The translations under genes and the position numbers were made by a program. From Poseidonia sp. (GTDB lineage: Archaea > Thermoplasmatota > Poseidoniia > Poseidoniales > Poseidoniaceae): a stretch of DNA of 64,000 nt. Shown here piece after piece: positions 30,654 through 40,937 of this stretch. Within the stretch, counting starts at the first letter, position 1, and each line of letters starts with the position of its first letter. The notes under the pieces are model-generated. The model was not told where the DNA came from. It was given only the letters and a program-made list of their open reading frames with translations, and made no database searches. The stretch is taken from assembly GCA_049627345.1 (NCBI GenBank), contig JBMZXF010000004.1:17957-81956 (forward strand), in the 5' to 3' direction.

Positions 30654-31192
30654 TCCACCAGGGCGTGGCCAATGAGCAACAACGCCACGGCCAGAACAGA
30701 CATTGCTCGTTGCATGTGCAACAACCTCGAAGCTTTCCGTATTTGCTTAGGGGGTGTCCTCCACATCATGAGGGCACCACTGACCACCAACAACCAGAGG
30801 AACAACATGGCCAACCACAACGACCAGTGCCATTCGAGCACGTAGCCGTGAATCGTTCCGAGAACAACCGCCGCCAACCCGATCCAAACGTGGACCCGCA
30901 TGAAACGCCGGTTGAACACGCCGAGTTTCTTCTTGAACGGTCGGGCATCAACACCGAGGCGTTCCGGGCCGTTGGTTCGCAGCCACTTGAACAGGGGCTT
31001 CCAAACGACGATCAACAACGTACCGACCATCAGCCATTGGGCCACCTCACCCAAGCCCTCGGCGTCCAGTCCGAGCACTTGAGCCTCGTCGTCTTCGTCG
31101 TCCTCATCGTCGACGTCATCGTCAGCAGAGACCAACCTCATCGGCATCAGAACGAGTACCACGAGGAGAAGCAAGAGCCAACGGTTGTTCAC
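30650..31192 (-). CDS. Hypothetical membrane protein with a signal/TM N-terminus and a poly-acidic stretch
   Basis: It is 180 aa. It has a hydrophobic N-terminus, a [13 protein letters not shown] run and three more TM helices. Confidence 0.55.
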   Translation of the reverse strand: MNNRWLLLLLVVLVLMPMRLVSADDDVDDEDDEDDEAQVLGLDAEGLGEVAQWLMVGTLLIVVWKPLFKWLRTNGPERLGVDARPFKKKLGVFNRRFMRVHVWIGLAAVVLGTIHGYVLEWHWSLWLAMLFLWLLVVSGALMMWRTPPKQIRKASRLLHMQRAMSVLAVALLLIGHALVD

Positions 31193-31274
31193 GTTGATCT
31201 GCGTCCCTGCTTCCTGCTTTATTCTGTCGGATTCACGGGTGAAGGTTCAAATGGAAACCGGAGGAACATGTCCC

Positions 31275-32000
31275 ATGTTGAGGCGAATCGGTGGCTTGAG
31301 CGGCCTGTTCGTTCTGCTCACGCTGGGTTGGTACCTGGTGTTCCCCTTCGTCACCGGTTGCGGTTCAAACACCACCGCCCCAGAGACGGAGGAGTGCGAG
31401 GAACTCATCACGCCTGTCATGTCATTTCTCTGTGCGCTTCCACCCCTCATGATCGCCGTCTTTGTGTTCATTATCACCCACGGACAGAAGCCCAAGACGA
31501 TGCTCCAGCTTCCCACCGTGGACAGCGATGGAACGATGCACTTGCCCGCAGGCGTTCAACAGGTTGAGGAAACCATCAAGCAGACGCAACTTGCTCAGTC
31601 ATGCCTGGGCATTGGTGGTGTCATGATGGCCGTCTCATCCGTCCTCATCGTGCTGGCAGCGTTGCTGATGGTCCTCCTGGGCAGCTTCTGCGCCATGGGT
31701 GGAGCGAGCACCTGCAGCGACGATGAGTTTGACTGGTTGATTTCATGGATGAAGTTTGGAAACCTCGGCATCAAACTCGGCCTGGTCGTGTTTTTCATCT
31801 CGGCCGTCGCAAAATTGGTGATGGAGTATCAACTGGAAGCACAAGGCCTCGTTGCCGAGACAACACCAACGGCACCCGCCAATCCAATGGTGAGGTCACC
31901 CTGCCCGGCCTGTGGAGCCAAATTGCGTTTCCCACCCGAGCATCAAGGCGAAGTACAGTGCCCCAAGTGCCAGCATGTGTTCGTGGTCGGCATGGATTGA
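31275..32000 (+). CDS. Hypothetical membrane protein with a C-terminal zinc ribbon
   Basis: It has four TM segments and a C-terminal CPACGAKLRF...CPKCQHVF motif. The start is uncertain. It may be 31251 or 31275, since the ORF-track 31185 start would overlap the divergent neighbouring gene. Confidence 0.5.
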   Translation: MLRRIGGLSGLFVLLTLGWYLVFPFVTGCGSNTTAPETEECEELITPVMSFLCALPPLMIAVFVFIITHGQKPKTMLQLPTVDSDGTMHLPAGVQQVEETIKQTQLAQSCLGIGGVMMAVSSVLIVLAALLMVLLGSFCAMGGASTCSDDEFDWLISWMKFGNLGIKLGLVVFFISAVAKLVMEYQLEAQGLVAETTPTAPANPMVRSPCPACGAKLRFPPEHQGEVQCPKCQHVFVVGMD

Positions 32001-32007
32001 CGGGCGG

Positions 32008-32721
32008 TCATTCGTCATCGGACAGCCATGTTTCGACGATGGCAGGGAGCAACTCGCCAGCCTTCCCCAAATGAACCTCATCAAACGCTTCGACGTTGAG
32101 CGGCGCCTCGGCGTTGACCAGAACGGTTTGCGCCCCGTTGGCTTTGGCGATGTGAACAAGGTCGGCGGCCGGGTAAACATGGCCCGAACTCCCCACCACC
32201 ACGAACACCTCGCATGCATCCACGGCCGTGTAAATGGCCTCCATGTGCATCGGCATTTCACCGAACCACACAATGTCTGGACGAAGACGGGCGGGCTCAA
32301 CGCAACACGAGCAGCGCAGGAAATCATCCCCGAGGTCACTGTCGTCCATTCGGACCTCGCTTCGTCCGCTCGCTTCGCAGCGCAACGTCACAAGTTGTCC
32401 GTGCATGTGGACGACGTCGTCACTTCCGCCTCGCTCGTGGAGGTCGTCGACGTTCTGTGTGATGAGGGTGAAGTCATCCAAACCGTTCGCCAGTTGTGCC
32501 AGAGCCTCGTGAGCGGGGTTTGGTTTCACCTCGTTGAGTTGGCGTCGGCGCGCTTGGTAAAACCGCCACACCAAGCCGGGGTCGGCTCGCCAGGCTTCCG
32601 GCGTGGCCACGTCTTCCAAGCGATGATTCTCCCAGAGTCCACCGTCATCTCGGAAGGTTCGAATGCCTGATTCTGCCGATATTCCTGCTCCTGTCAACAC
32701 CACAACACGTTTTCCTTGCAT
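32008..32721 (-). CDS. cobB: NAD-dependent protein deacetylase (sirtuin, Sir2/CobB)
   Basis: It carries VLTGAGISAESGIRTFR, a zinc-binding Cys pair (CSCC-type region) and a Rossmann core. Confidence 0.85.
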   Translation of the reverse strand: MQGKRVVVLTGAGISAESGIRTFRDDGGLWENHRLEDVATPEAWRADPGLVWRFYQARRRQLNEVKPNPAHEALAQLANGLDDFTLITQNVDDLHERGGSDDVVHMHGQLVTLRCEASGRSEVRMDDSDLGDDFLRCSCCVEPARLRPDIVWFGEMPMHMEAIYTAVDACEVFVVVGSSGHVYPAADLVHIAKANGAQTVLVNAEAPLNVEAFDEVHLGKAGELLPAIVETWLSDDE

Positions 32722-32807
32722 AACGGTGTGACCTCCTCGACGCTATTTGAAATTCACAAGAACGATTCATGTCAGTTCTTTTTCACAAAATCGGACGAAG
32801 TTCTGCC

Positions 32808-33992
32808 TCAAAGTTCTGCCACACGAATCAGTCGTGTGGTCCGGAAGCCCTGGAGGATTTTGATGAACCGCTTGGCTTGGAACTCGGCATCGAGGTCGTC
32901 GTCGCCCGTATCGATTCGAACCGCTTCCAAACCGATGAGTTTCGAAGGGGTGGCTACGCCCAAGATGTTGCCGTGACCGATGGCACGGAGGACATCGGGC
33001 GAGAGTTGCAGGTTGCCCCGTCCGATGAGAAAACCTTGACCGCCCATGGGCGAGAGCAGCAGCAGAAGCGGGCGCTGCCCGTCGGCGTTGGTGTGAGCGC
33101 TGATCACCTCCAACAAACCCTGCTCGTTCAAGTCAGCGTGCACCGTATCGCCGTGCTGCACATCGATGCCCAGCAGGGTCAATTCAAGGTCGAGGTGTTC
33201 GCCCATGCGACGCAGGGTCCCCCCGCTCCCCCAAACGACCATCAGGTCGGGCTCGTCCTCAAGCAAGGTGCTGACATGGTGAGCCAACCCCTCAATGGTG
33301 TCTTCTTCGCTCACGCGTTCCACCTGCTCCTTGGCGCCCTGCATAAAGCGAGGTGAGGAAGGCGTCCACGCCTCGCCGTACATGCGCACCTTCCACTCGC
33401 CCTTGGCGTAGACCGTTTCGTCAAGGTCCATGACCTCGGTGATGGCCGTGCGAAGGTCGCCGAGCGCGAACGCCAACGCCACTTCGGCAGCGGCTTTTGG
33501 CGTGGTGGCGAAGCAGCCAGAGTGCATTTTGACGCCGCCCGGAACACCGATGAGTGCGATGGTTTGCGCTTCCGAGCCTGCGGCTTCCAAGGCGTTGACA
33601 ATGTCGCGGGTCGTTCCGTCACCACCTGCATAGAGGATGGCTTCAACACCGGCTTCGACGAGTTCGCTCACCAACCTCGCCGTGTCCTCCGGCGCCGTGC
33701 TGCCAGGGGTCGATCCAATGGTGGTCAATGCAACGTGGCGCTCGTCCCCAAGGTTCGGCACCCAGGTGTCACCCATGCGACCCTCCCACGCCACGAGGGT
33801 CAACTGAACGCCGGTTCGATTGAGCGACGACGAAGCGAGGTCGGCGAGATGGGCGAGGGACTGGTTCATGCGGGGGCCGGCACGGTCTTCAGCGCCGGCC
33901 GCCCGAGCTTCGGCTGCACGACCATCGCTGCCCTTGAACCCCAATTTTCCACCGAGCCCGGCGTCGGGATTGACCACCAGGCCGATGCGCAT
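32808..33992 (-). CDS. ATP-NAD kinase family protein (COG3199-like predicted polyphosphate/ATP-dependent NAD kinase)
   Basis: It has a GGDGT motif (YAGGDGTTRD). The N-terminus reads MRIGLVVNPDAGLGG. The ORF-track N-terminal extension was trimmed. Confidence 0.55.
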   Translation of the reverse strand: MRIGLVVNPDAGLGGKLGFKGSDGRAAEARAAGAEDRAGPRMNQSLAHLADLASSSLNRTGVQLTLVAWEGRMGDTWVPNLGDERHVALTTIGSTPGSTAPEDTARLVSELVEAGVEAILYAGGDGTTRDIVNALEAAGSEAQTIALIGVPGGVKMHSGCFATTPKAAAEVALAFALGDLRTAITEVMDLDETVYAKGEWKVRMYGEAWTPSSPRFMQGAKEQVERVSEEDTIEGLAHHVSTLLEDEPDLMVVWGSGGTLRRMGEHLDLELTLLGIDVQHGDTVHADLNEQGLLEVISAHTNADGQRPLLLLLSPMGGQGFLIGRGNLQLSPDVLRAIGHGNILGVATPSKLIGLEAVRIDTGDDDLDAEFQAKRFIKILQGFRTTRLIRVAEL

Positions 33993-34090
33993 GCCGAGGC
34001 GTGGCGACACTCCCTCAAATAGCCCTGCTTTGACCATCCTTGGGTCCAATTCACCCGAGCCTTCATGAGGAGGATGGAGGATGGTCCATC

Positions 34091-34414
34091 ATGAAACGGG
34101 CGCCGTCCGACGAACCGAACCTTGACGACATTTTGGCCCGGGATTTTGCCGAGTTGAAGGTCGGAGAGGCCAATCTCACGCCAACTGAACCGATAAAAGA
34201 GGGGAAGGCCGAGGAAGCAAAGCCGGTTCAATCAACGGTGCCGACCGCGTACAATCAACGCATTGACGCCGTGGAAGACCGAGCTTCCTTTGCGGTCAAA
34301 CCGCCCACCAAAGCCTCGCCTGATGTTGCCCCAAAACCCACGGCTCCTGCGCCACCGGAGGTGCTCAAATCACCCCGTGCTCAACCCGGCGACGACTTCG
34401 ACGTGGACTGGTAG
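34091..34414 (+). CDS. Hypothetical low-complexity acidic, Pro/Ala/Lys-rich protein
   Basis: The ORF-track version is 124 aa and about 108 aa after trimming. The start was trimmed to avoid overlap with the divergent neighbour. No family could be assigned. Confidence 0.35.
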   Translation: MKRAPSDEPNLDDILARDFAELKVGEANLTPTEPIKEGKAEEAKPVQSTVPTAYNQRIDAVEDRASFAVKPPTKASPDVAPKPTAPAPPEVLKSPRAQPGDDFDVDW

Positions 34415-34463
34415 AACGCGCATCAACGACACGCCTCAAAGCGCGGGATTCATAGCGAGGGGG

Positions 34464-34480
34464 CAACCCCGTAGGGGTTG
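34464..34480 (+). other. Perfect hairpin CAACCCC-GTA-GGGGTTG, followed by a GGGGAG run, 12 nt upstream of the thrS ATG
   Basis: The hairpin is a 7 bp stem with a 3 nt loop. The same CCCGTAGGG core recurs upstream of sdhC. Confidence 0.5.
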
Positions 34481-34491
34481 GGGAGACCAGC

Positions 34492-36516
34492 ATGACGATG
34501 ATTCACATCACGCTGCCCGACGGTACGGTGAACGAATACGCCGCTGGAATCACCTGCGGCGAGGTCATCACCGATGCATTGGGGAAAAAACACGGCTGCC
34601 TCGCCGCCAAAGTGGACGGTCAAGAATGCGATCTGTCCACGATGTTGAACGACAACTGCTCCGTCGAAGGCATCCTCTCCGAGTCGGATGAAGGCATGCA
34701 CATCCTGCGCCATTCGGCTGCCCACTTGCTCGCTCAAGCGGTGATGGCGCTCTACCCGGGTGCCCTACCAACGATTGGCCCGGCCATTGACCGCGGTTTC
34801 TACTACGACTTCGCGATGGAACCCATCACCCAAGGCGATTTGAAAGCCATCGAGAAGAAAATGCACGAAATCGCTCGACGGAACCTGACGGTTGAGCGTG
34901 TCGAACTCGACCAAACAACGCTTCGTGAACACTTTGAATCAAATCCATACAAACTCGAGATCATTGACGACAAACTGGAAGCCGGTGATGGTTCAACCAT
35001 CTACAAGCAAGGCGAATGGTACGACCTGTGCCTTGGTCCCCACGTGCCGAGCACGGCCAAACTGATGTTTGTCCGCTTGACCTCCGTGTCCACGGCGTAC
35101 TGGCGAGGCGACCAGGACCGTGAGCAGTTGGTCCGCATCTACGGCATGGTTGAGCCGACCAAGGAGGCCCTCAAGGCAACGATGACGCGACTTGAGGAAG
35201 CCAAAAAGCGAGACCACCGAAAGTTGGGCAAGGACCTTCAACTCTTCCACATCGACGAAGAGGTCGGCCAAGGCCTCATCCTTTGGACGCCTCGTGGCGC
35301 CATCGTTCGGCAAGAACTGCAGGATTTCATCTCCCATCATCTCCGAAGACAGGGCTATTCGCAGGTGTTCACGCCTCACATCGGCAAGCTGGACCTCTAC
35401 CGAACCTCAGGCCATTTCCCGTACTACCAGGATTCGCAGTACCCGCCGCTTGTGGAGCGCGACCTCATGAAAAAACTCGCCGATGAAGGCTGCACGTGCG
35501 GCGAATTGTCCAACATGATGAAGGCCGGTGACATCGATGGCTACATGCTCAAGCCGATGAACTGCCCTCATCACGTGAAGATTTACGCCAGCCAAGCACG
35601 CTCGTACCGCAACCTCCCGTTGCGCTTGGCTGAATTTGGCACCGTCTACCGATGGGAACAATCCGGGGAGATTTCCGGAATGACCCGAGTTCGTGGATTC
35701 ACGCAAGACGACGCCCACCTGTTCGTCACCGAAGACCAACTGGCTGAGGAAGTGCTGGGTTGCATCGAGCTCGTGCAAATCATCTTTGACAAACTCGGCA
35801 TGGAAGACTACCGTGTTCGGGTGGGCCTGCGGGACCCGGACTCCTCCAAGTACGTCGGCGACCCCAAGCGCTGGGACAAAGCCGAAGAAGCCTGCAGGGC
35901 GGCTGCACAGTCGCTCGGTGTGGCATGGTCGGAAGAAGAAGGCGAAGCAGCCTTTTACGGTCCAAAAATCGACTTTGTGGTCAAAGACGTGATCGGCAGA
36001 GAATGGCAGCTGGGCACCGTTCAGGTGGATTACAACCTTCCCGAGCGGTTTGACCTGACCTACAAAGGCCGAGACGGTGAGCTCCACCGGCCGGTGATGA
36101 TTCACCGCGCCCCGTTCGGCTCCATGGAGCGGTTCTGCGGCGTGCTCATCGAACACTTTGCCGGACGTTTCCCAACCTGGCTTACGCCAACACAATGCCA
36201 TGTCATCACCATCCGTGAAGAGCACGCCGACTACGCCGGGCGGGTTGCTGAAGCCTTGCGTGAGGTGGGCGTTCGCGTTGAACTCGATGACTCCGACAAC
36301 AACATCATGAAGAAAATCAGGAACCACCGAAAGCTCCAGCCCGCCTACCTCATCATTCTCGGCGACGAGGAGGTGCAGAACGAAACGGTCAGCCTCCGAG
36401 CCCGAAACGGCGACCAGGTCGCCGGCATTCCCTTGGCAACGTTCATTGACGACGTCGCTCGCGAAATCAGCGAGAAAACACCGCAACCCTCCCTTGTTCC
36501 CCCGTCATCCGAGTGA
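34492..36516 (+). CDS. thrS: Threonyl-tRNA synthetase, bacterial-type architecture (TGS, editing, catalytic and anticodon-binding domains)
   Basis: It has an N-terminal TGS domain MTMIHITLPDGTV, an editing-domain HxxxH motif ILRHSAAHLLAQAV and class II motifs. Confidence 0.9.
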   Translation: MTMIHITLPDGTVNEYAAGITCGEVITDALGKKHGCLAAKVDGQECDLSTMLNDNCSVEGILSESDEGMHILRHSAAHLLAQAVMALYPGALPTIGPAIDRGFYYDFAMEPITQGDLKAIEKKMHEIARRNLTVERVELDQTTLREHFESNPYKLEIIDDKLEAGDGSTIYKQGEWYDLCLGPHVPSTAKLMFVRLTSVSTAYWRGDQDREQLVRIYGMVEPTKEALKATMTRLEEAKKRDHRKLGKDLQLFHIDEEVGQGLILWTPRGAIVRQELQDFISHHLRRQGYSQVFTPHIGKLDLYRTSGHFPYYQDSQYPPLVERDLMKKLADEGCTCGELSNMMKAGDIDGYMLKPMNCPHHVKIYASQARSYRNLPLRLAEFGTVYRWEQSGEISGMTRVRGFTQDDAHLFVTEDQLAEEVLGCIELVQIIFDKLGMEDYRVRVGLRDPDSSKYVGDPKRWDKAEEACRAAAQSLGVAWSEEEGEAAFYGPKIDFVVKDVIGREWQLGTVQVDYNLPERFDLTYKGRDGELHRPVMIHRAPFGSMERFCGVLIEHFAGRFPTWLTPTQCHVITIREEHADYAGRVAEALREVGVRVELDDSDNNIMKKIRNHRKLQPAYLIILGDEEVQNETVSLRARNGDQVAGIPLATFIDDVAREISEKTPQPSLVPPSSE

Positions 36517-36522
36517 GGCAGC

Positions 36523-39051
36523 ATGACATCCCCTTCCATCGTTCACGCCTACGAGGGTGCCATGATTGCGCCCCTGTTCTTGGCGATCCTGACGGCAGCG
36601 TTCTTTTGGCGCAACGTGGTTCCGCGCCAACTGAAAGGACTGCAGGTCGCGTTTCCCACCGGGCCTCGCACCTACGAAGTCCATCAGGTGACCTCCACGG
36701 TGGAGGACGTGCGCAAGTTGCTGTCACGACGAGGCACACGACTCGGTGTGGCCTCCTACCTGATGGCCTTGACCGGCTCGCTCGTGTTGTTGTTCGAGTT
36801 CCTCAATTACCGGGCCGGGAATTCGGCGGGCTACCACGCACCTTCCGTGACCTTTGCATTGGTGCTCATCGTCATCCCCGCTGTTGTTTCAAGCGGAACG
36901 TCCCTGGGCGCTCAAATCATCAAACCCCACGGTGTGAGCAGGGCCTCGCTTCAAAGCAATTCCACCCTGCGAAACGCCTCGTATTTCGCGCTCACCGTGG
37001 CGTGGTTGCTGCTCGCCATGGGGATTGGAGCGGTGCTGATGACACGCGATGTCTCGACCACGACCCTCTACAGCACCGTGGCGCTCGTAGCGTTCAGCCC
37101 TGCCATCCTCGCCTACGGCCGGGTGCTCGGTTCGTCGTGGCACGCTTTGAAACAGTCGTCCGAACAGATTGCCAAGGGACGAGCATCGCCGTTCCACAAC
37201 CACCTGCCGAACGCACGGCAGCAATTTGTGGCTCAGGTGGTGCATCTCAACTTGGTGGTGATGCCGTTTGTCGCCGCCAACACCATGCTCTCGCTCATCC
37301 TTTTGGCCTACAACCCGGACATGTTTGTGCATTCGGACCGCGTGCTCAACCTTCCGGAATACCGCCTTCAATCAACCTACATGGAGGAAGGAGGACTGCT
37401 TGGGTTCGGTCTCATCGAGTTGTTCTCCCACATCCCGCAAGCGGGAATTCGCGTGCCCATCGTCACCACCCTGCTGTTGTTCCTTTTGCTCAACGTTGCC
37501 GCCATCGGCTTCCTCTTCGTGTACGAAGTGGCACGCATCCTGTTCCTTGACATTCAGGATGTTTCGGGACGAGGCGGTATCCGACTGGCCGACAGTCGTT
37601 TGCTCCGTGCCGAACCGATTCAGCAAGCCAACGTGCTGAACTTCTGTTTCACCGGCTTTGCGGGCCAGTCCATGCTGCTGCTGGCGTTGGCGATGATCAC
37701 CTTCTGGGACTCCAGTTTCCTTCCTCAGGGCGCACAGTGCGGTGAATGGGAGGCCGATGTCTGTGCGGTCTTGGAAAAAGACATGCTCGAGCAGTTGACC
37801 TGGATGCTGGCAAGCGCCGGTCAAGTCGCGTTCTTGGTGGTGTGGGGTCTGTCCCGCAGCCGGTCCACCCAACTCGACGAAATCACCTTTGACGCTTCAA
37901 TGGATGAAGACCGGACCCGCCTGCGAGGCATGAGCGACATGATTTACCTCAAACAACGTCCAACGGCAGAGCTGCTCGGCAACGACGACTGGAACACGGC
38001 GATTGAACGGTTTGAGGCTTCGACGCAGGGCCAAGAAGCCATGCTCGTTGGCTTGGACATGATTCGGTCTACCCAAGCCAAGATGTTGCTCTACGTTGGG
38101 TTGGGCCGATGGGACGAGGCCGAAGAGATGGCGGTGGACCTGCTCGCTCTCCAAGGTGGACGGGACGCACAGACCGCCCGCCTCGTGCTCTGCGCTGCCA
38201 GTTTGGCTCAACGTGACTACCAAGAGGCCGTTCCTCGTTTGGCGCTCCTCAACAACGATGACGTGGAGGCGGTCCGATTGCGCTGGGTGGCCAGTCTTCT
38301 CACAGGCAAGCAACACCTTGACCGAGACGGTCAATCCATGCTGAGCGTCGATCCGCTCCGCAAAGACAACATTCGCATGCTCAAGGAATTTGAGGCAGGC
38401 GATGTCAAGCTGCGAACCGGTCATGTTCGCCAACCCGCCCAACGCGCCATGTACCTGGCGGAGATTGCCCGGTTGCGCATGGTGGGTCGAAGCGAAGAAG
38501 CGCTCAACCACCTTGAGCGAACGATGACCATGATGGATGATGCCCCATGGGTTCAGGGAAGGCTGGTTCAAGCCTTGCTGAATTTTGACGACGGGCGTTC
38601 CTTAACGGCCATCAACACCGTGAAAGAACTCGCCAAGGACCACCCCCGCCACCCGCACGTCAGGGCCGTGCTTCATCAACTGGCCCTGCTCGGAAAGGCC
38701 ACGCGTCCGCCCTCCGAGCCCACCAACATCCACTGGATCATTGAGCGTGAGACCGATTGGAAACACGCATGGCCTCAGCACAACGTGACCGTCGCACCCG
38801 TTCTCGACACGCAGGAACTCAAGCAACACGCCCTCAAAGCGAACGCATGGTCACTCTTGCTGGGTGAACAGGGTGTGAGCAAGCCTGCTGGAAAGGGGGC
38901 CTACAAGCAACTCCCCGACGAGGTGCCGCTTGGTTTGTACACCCACCTCGGTGGCCTCACCATCACCATTTCCGGTATGCCGGTCGACCTTGGCCTTCCC
39001 TCCAACATTGACATCGGTGCAGCGAGGAAACTCGGGCTGCTCAATCCCTGA
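36523..39051 (+). CDS. Large polytopic membrane protein (about 10 TM) with a C-terminal TPR-like helical repeat domain
   Basis: It is 842 aa. The N-terminal half is hydrophobic. The C-terminal 350 aa are helical and Leu/Ala-rich with repeat character. Confidence 0.55.
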   Translation: MTSPSIVHAYEGAMIAPLFLAILTAAFFWRNVVPRQLKGLQVAFPTGPRTYEVHQVTSTVEDVRKLLSRRGTRLGVASYLMALTGSLVLLFEFLNYRAGNSAGYHAPSVTFALVLIVIPAVVSSGTSLGAQIIKPHGVSRASLQSNSTLRNASYFALTVAWLLLAMGIGAVLMTRDVSTTTLYSTVALVAFSPAILAYGRVLGSSWHALKQSSEQIAKGRASPFHNHLPNARQQFVAQVVHLNLVVMPFVAANTMLSLILLAYNPDMFVHSDRVLNLPEYRLQSTYMEEGGLLGFGLIELFSHIPQAGIRVPIVTTLLLFLLLNVAAIGFLFVYEVARILFLDIQDVSGRGGIRLADSRLLRAEPIQQANVLNFCFTGFAGQSMLLLALAMITFWDSSFLPQGAQCGEWEADVCAVLEKDMLEQLTWMLASAGQVAFLVVWGLSRSRSTQLDEITFDASMDEDRTRLRGMSDMIYLKQRPTAELLGNDDWNTAIERFEASTQGQEAMLVGLDMIRSTQAKMLLYVGLGRWDEAEEMAVDLLALQGGRDAQTARLVLCAASLAQRDYQEAVPRLALLNNDDVEAVRLRWVASLLTGKQHLDRDGQSMLSVDPLRKDNIRMLKEFEAGDVKLRTGHVRQPAQRAMYLAEIARLRMVGRSEEALNHLERTMTMMDDAPWVQGRLVQALLNFDDGRSLTAINTVKELAKDHPRHPHVRAVLHQLALLGKATRPPSEPTNIHWIIERETDWKHAWPQHNVTVAPVLDTQELKQHALKANAWSLLLGEQGVSKPAGKGAYKQLPDEVPLGLYTHLGGLTITISGMPVDLGLPSNIDIGAARKLGLLNP

Positions 39052-40809
39052 TCAGATCCGGCGACGCAGCCGTTCCATGGCGCCATCAGCGACGCCCAAG
39101 GCATCCAGTGCCTCCTCAAGGCGAGCCACGTCAAGGTGAGCCTCCGCCTTGGCCACCGCTTCTTCAACCGCCCGACGGTCGTCGTCCGTGGCCTTGATGT
39201 GAGCGGCCTCGCACTGGTTGCGGAGCACGGCCCATTGCTGGGTCACGAAATCGTAGAGTTCTCTGGCTTCATCAAGGGCATGGCCTTCGCGGTCCAGGGC
39301 CGTGGTCATCTGCTCCAGCAGCATCGCAGCGTGGCTCCAAATCCTGTCGTCAGCGGCGGTGATGATGTCGTTGAGCATCGCCTCCCAGTGGTCCTTGTCC
39401 TCGCGACCCTCGTACCGTTGTTTGAGTTTCTTTTTCTGTTTCAGCGCGCGCAACACATCATCCATTGCAGCGCGTTCTCGCTCGAGCGTACGAACCACGC
39501 CGTCCGCCAACCCGATGGCTTGACTGGCGTTGCCGCTTGCCAAGGCTTCGGACGCCTGTTTCAATCGAGCCTCCATCTCCGATGTATCGAGGCCATCACT
39601 TTGGGCAACGCTACGAACGGCCTCCTCCACCGATTGTTCAGCGCGCCCAATGGCATCCGCATCGGCGTCCAATTGAGGTAGAATCACAACGGCGATCTCA
39701 TACGCTTCCTTTGGTTGCTCTCGTGTGAGTTGGGCCTTTGCCTCGGACAACACTTCACGAAGTTGCTTGGCACCCGCACCGTCCTTTCCGTCCAATGCCC
39801 GGGTGGCTTCAAGAATGGCTTCCTCTGCTTTGGCCCACCACGTGATGGTCTCAGCTGCGCGCTTCTTGGCCTGACGATAGAGTTGTTCACCCTCCCGGAG
39901 CGAACCGAGTTTGACCTCGCGCTCGCCCATTTCGTAGGCTTTTCGGGGGCGTTTGACCGTGGGTGCAATCGACTCAGCCTCTTCAACCGCCGTTAACGCA
40001 TCCTGACGGATGATTTCCACATCGTCTGCGAAGGAAAGGGCGCGTTCCATGTCCTCCTCGCTTTCGTCGAGAAGACGCATGCCGTAATCCGGATCCAGAT
40101 GACCCTCTTCCTTGGCCGTGGTCAACAGGCTGGCCGCTTGAGCGACAGCGGCTCCTTGAGCCTTGAGTTCGAGTAATCGCGTTTCCAATCGGTCAAGGCG
40201 CTGTCGGAATCGCTTTCGTTCAGCCTTCTGGTCGTCCCCTACCGTCCACGTGTAACCGGTGTCGGCCATCGCGAATGCAGATACGGCGAGCGCCAGCATC
40301 ATCGGCGGTTCAGTCAACGTTTCGCCAGCGGTAAGTGTGAGGGCCAGCGCAGACAGTGTACCAATGCCGGTCAAGATGGCTCGGTAGCGAAGGACGCCGA
40401 AGTGTCCACGCATCGTACGATGCGAGAGTTGCCTGCACGTGAAACCGGAGATGAGCACCAACCCACTGCCGGCCATCGCAGAAGCATCCCCCTCGAAGCC
40501 CAGAGCGCCAAGGCACATCAGCAGGGGCCACGCAACCGAGGTCGCCGAAGCGACTCTGGACCGGGCCACGCCGTCGTCGAGGGTCAGGTCTTGAACGAAA
40601 ATACCCCAAATGAGCACGAGGAGCGGTGCACCAAAACTTGCGAGGACGACCCCGTCACCGTTGCTCAATCCGCGAATGGACGGCCAGGCCAGCCAGACGG
40701 CACACAACAACAAGGTGAGGGCAGAAACAAGGGTGGCGTTTTCGACGCGCTTGATGCGAAGAGCCCGCTCGGCTTCAACGGCTGCATCCGCATCCGCCCA
40801 CGTGACCAT
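39052..40809 (-). CDS. Membrane-anchored long coiled-coil protein (hypothetical)
   Basis: It is 585 aa. The N-terminal 200 aa have about five TM helices, followed by roughly 380 aa of Ala/Glu/Arg/Leu-rich heptad-like sequence. Confidence 0.55.
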   Translation of the reverse strand: MVTWADADAAVEAERALRIKRVENATLVSALTLLLCAVWLAWPSIRGLSNGDGVVLASFGAPLLVLIWGIFVQDLTLDDGVARSRVASATSVAWPLLMCLGALGFEGDASAMAGSGLVLISGFTCRQLSHRTMRGHFGVLRYRAILTGIGTLSALALTLTAGETLTEPPMMLALAVSAFAMADTGYTWTVGDDQKAERKRFRQRLDRLETRLLELKAQGAAVAQAASLLTTAKEEGHLDPDYGMRLLDESEEDMERALSFADDVEIIRQDALTAVEEAESIAPTVKRPRKAYEMGEREVKLGSLREGEQLYRQAKKRAAETITWWAKAEEAILEATRALDGKDGAGAKQLREVLSEAKAQLTREQPKEAYEIAVVILPQLDADADAIGRAEQSVEEAVRSVAQSDGLDTSEMEARLKQASEALASGNASQAIGLADGVVRTLERERAAMDDVLRALKQKKKLKQRYEGREDKDHWEAMLNDIITAADDRIWSHAAMLLEQMTTALDREGHALDEARELYDFVTQQWAVLRNQCEAAHIKATDDDRRAVEEAVAKAEAHLDVARLEEALDALGVADGAMERLRRRI

Positions 40810-40937
40810 GCGGAGTCCTCACCGTGATTCCCCCATAATCACTCCGATGACCTGTCCGCCCCCGGATGAACCTCAAAGCAAACCAGCGGCAAGGTTCAAG
40901 GGTGTTATCGGGTTGTATTCTCAACCGAGGGAACACC

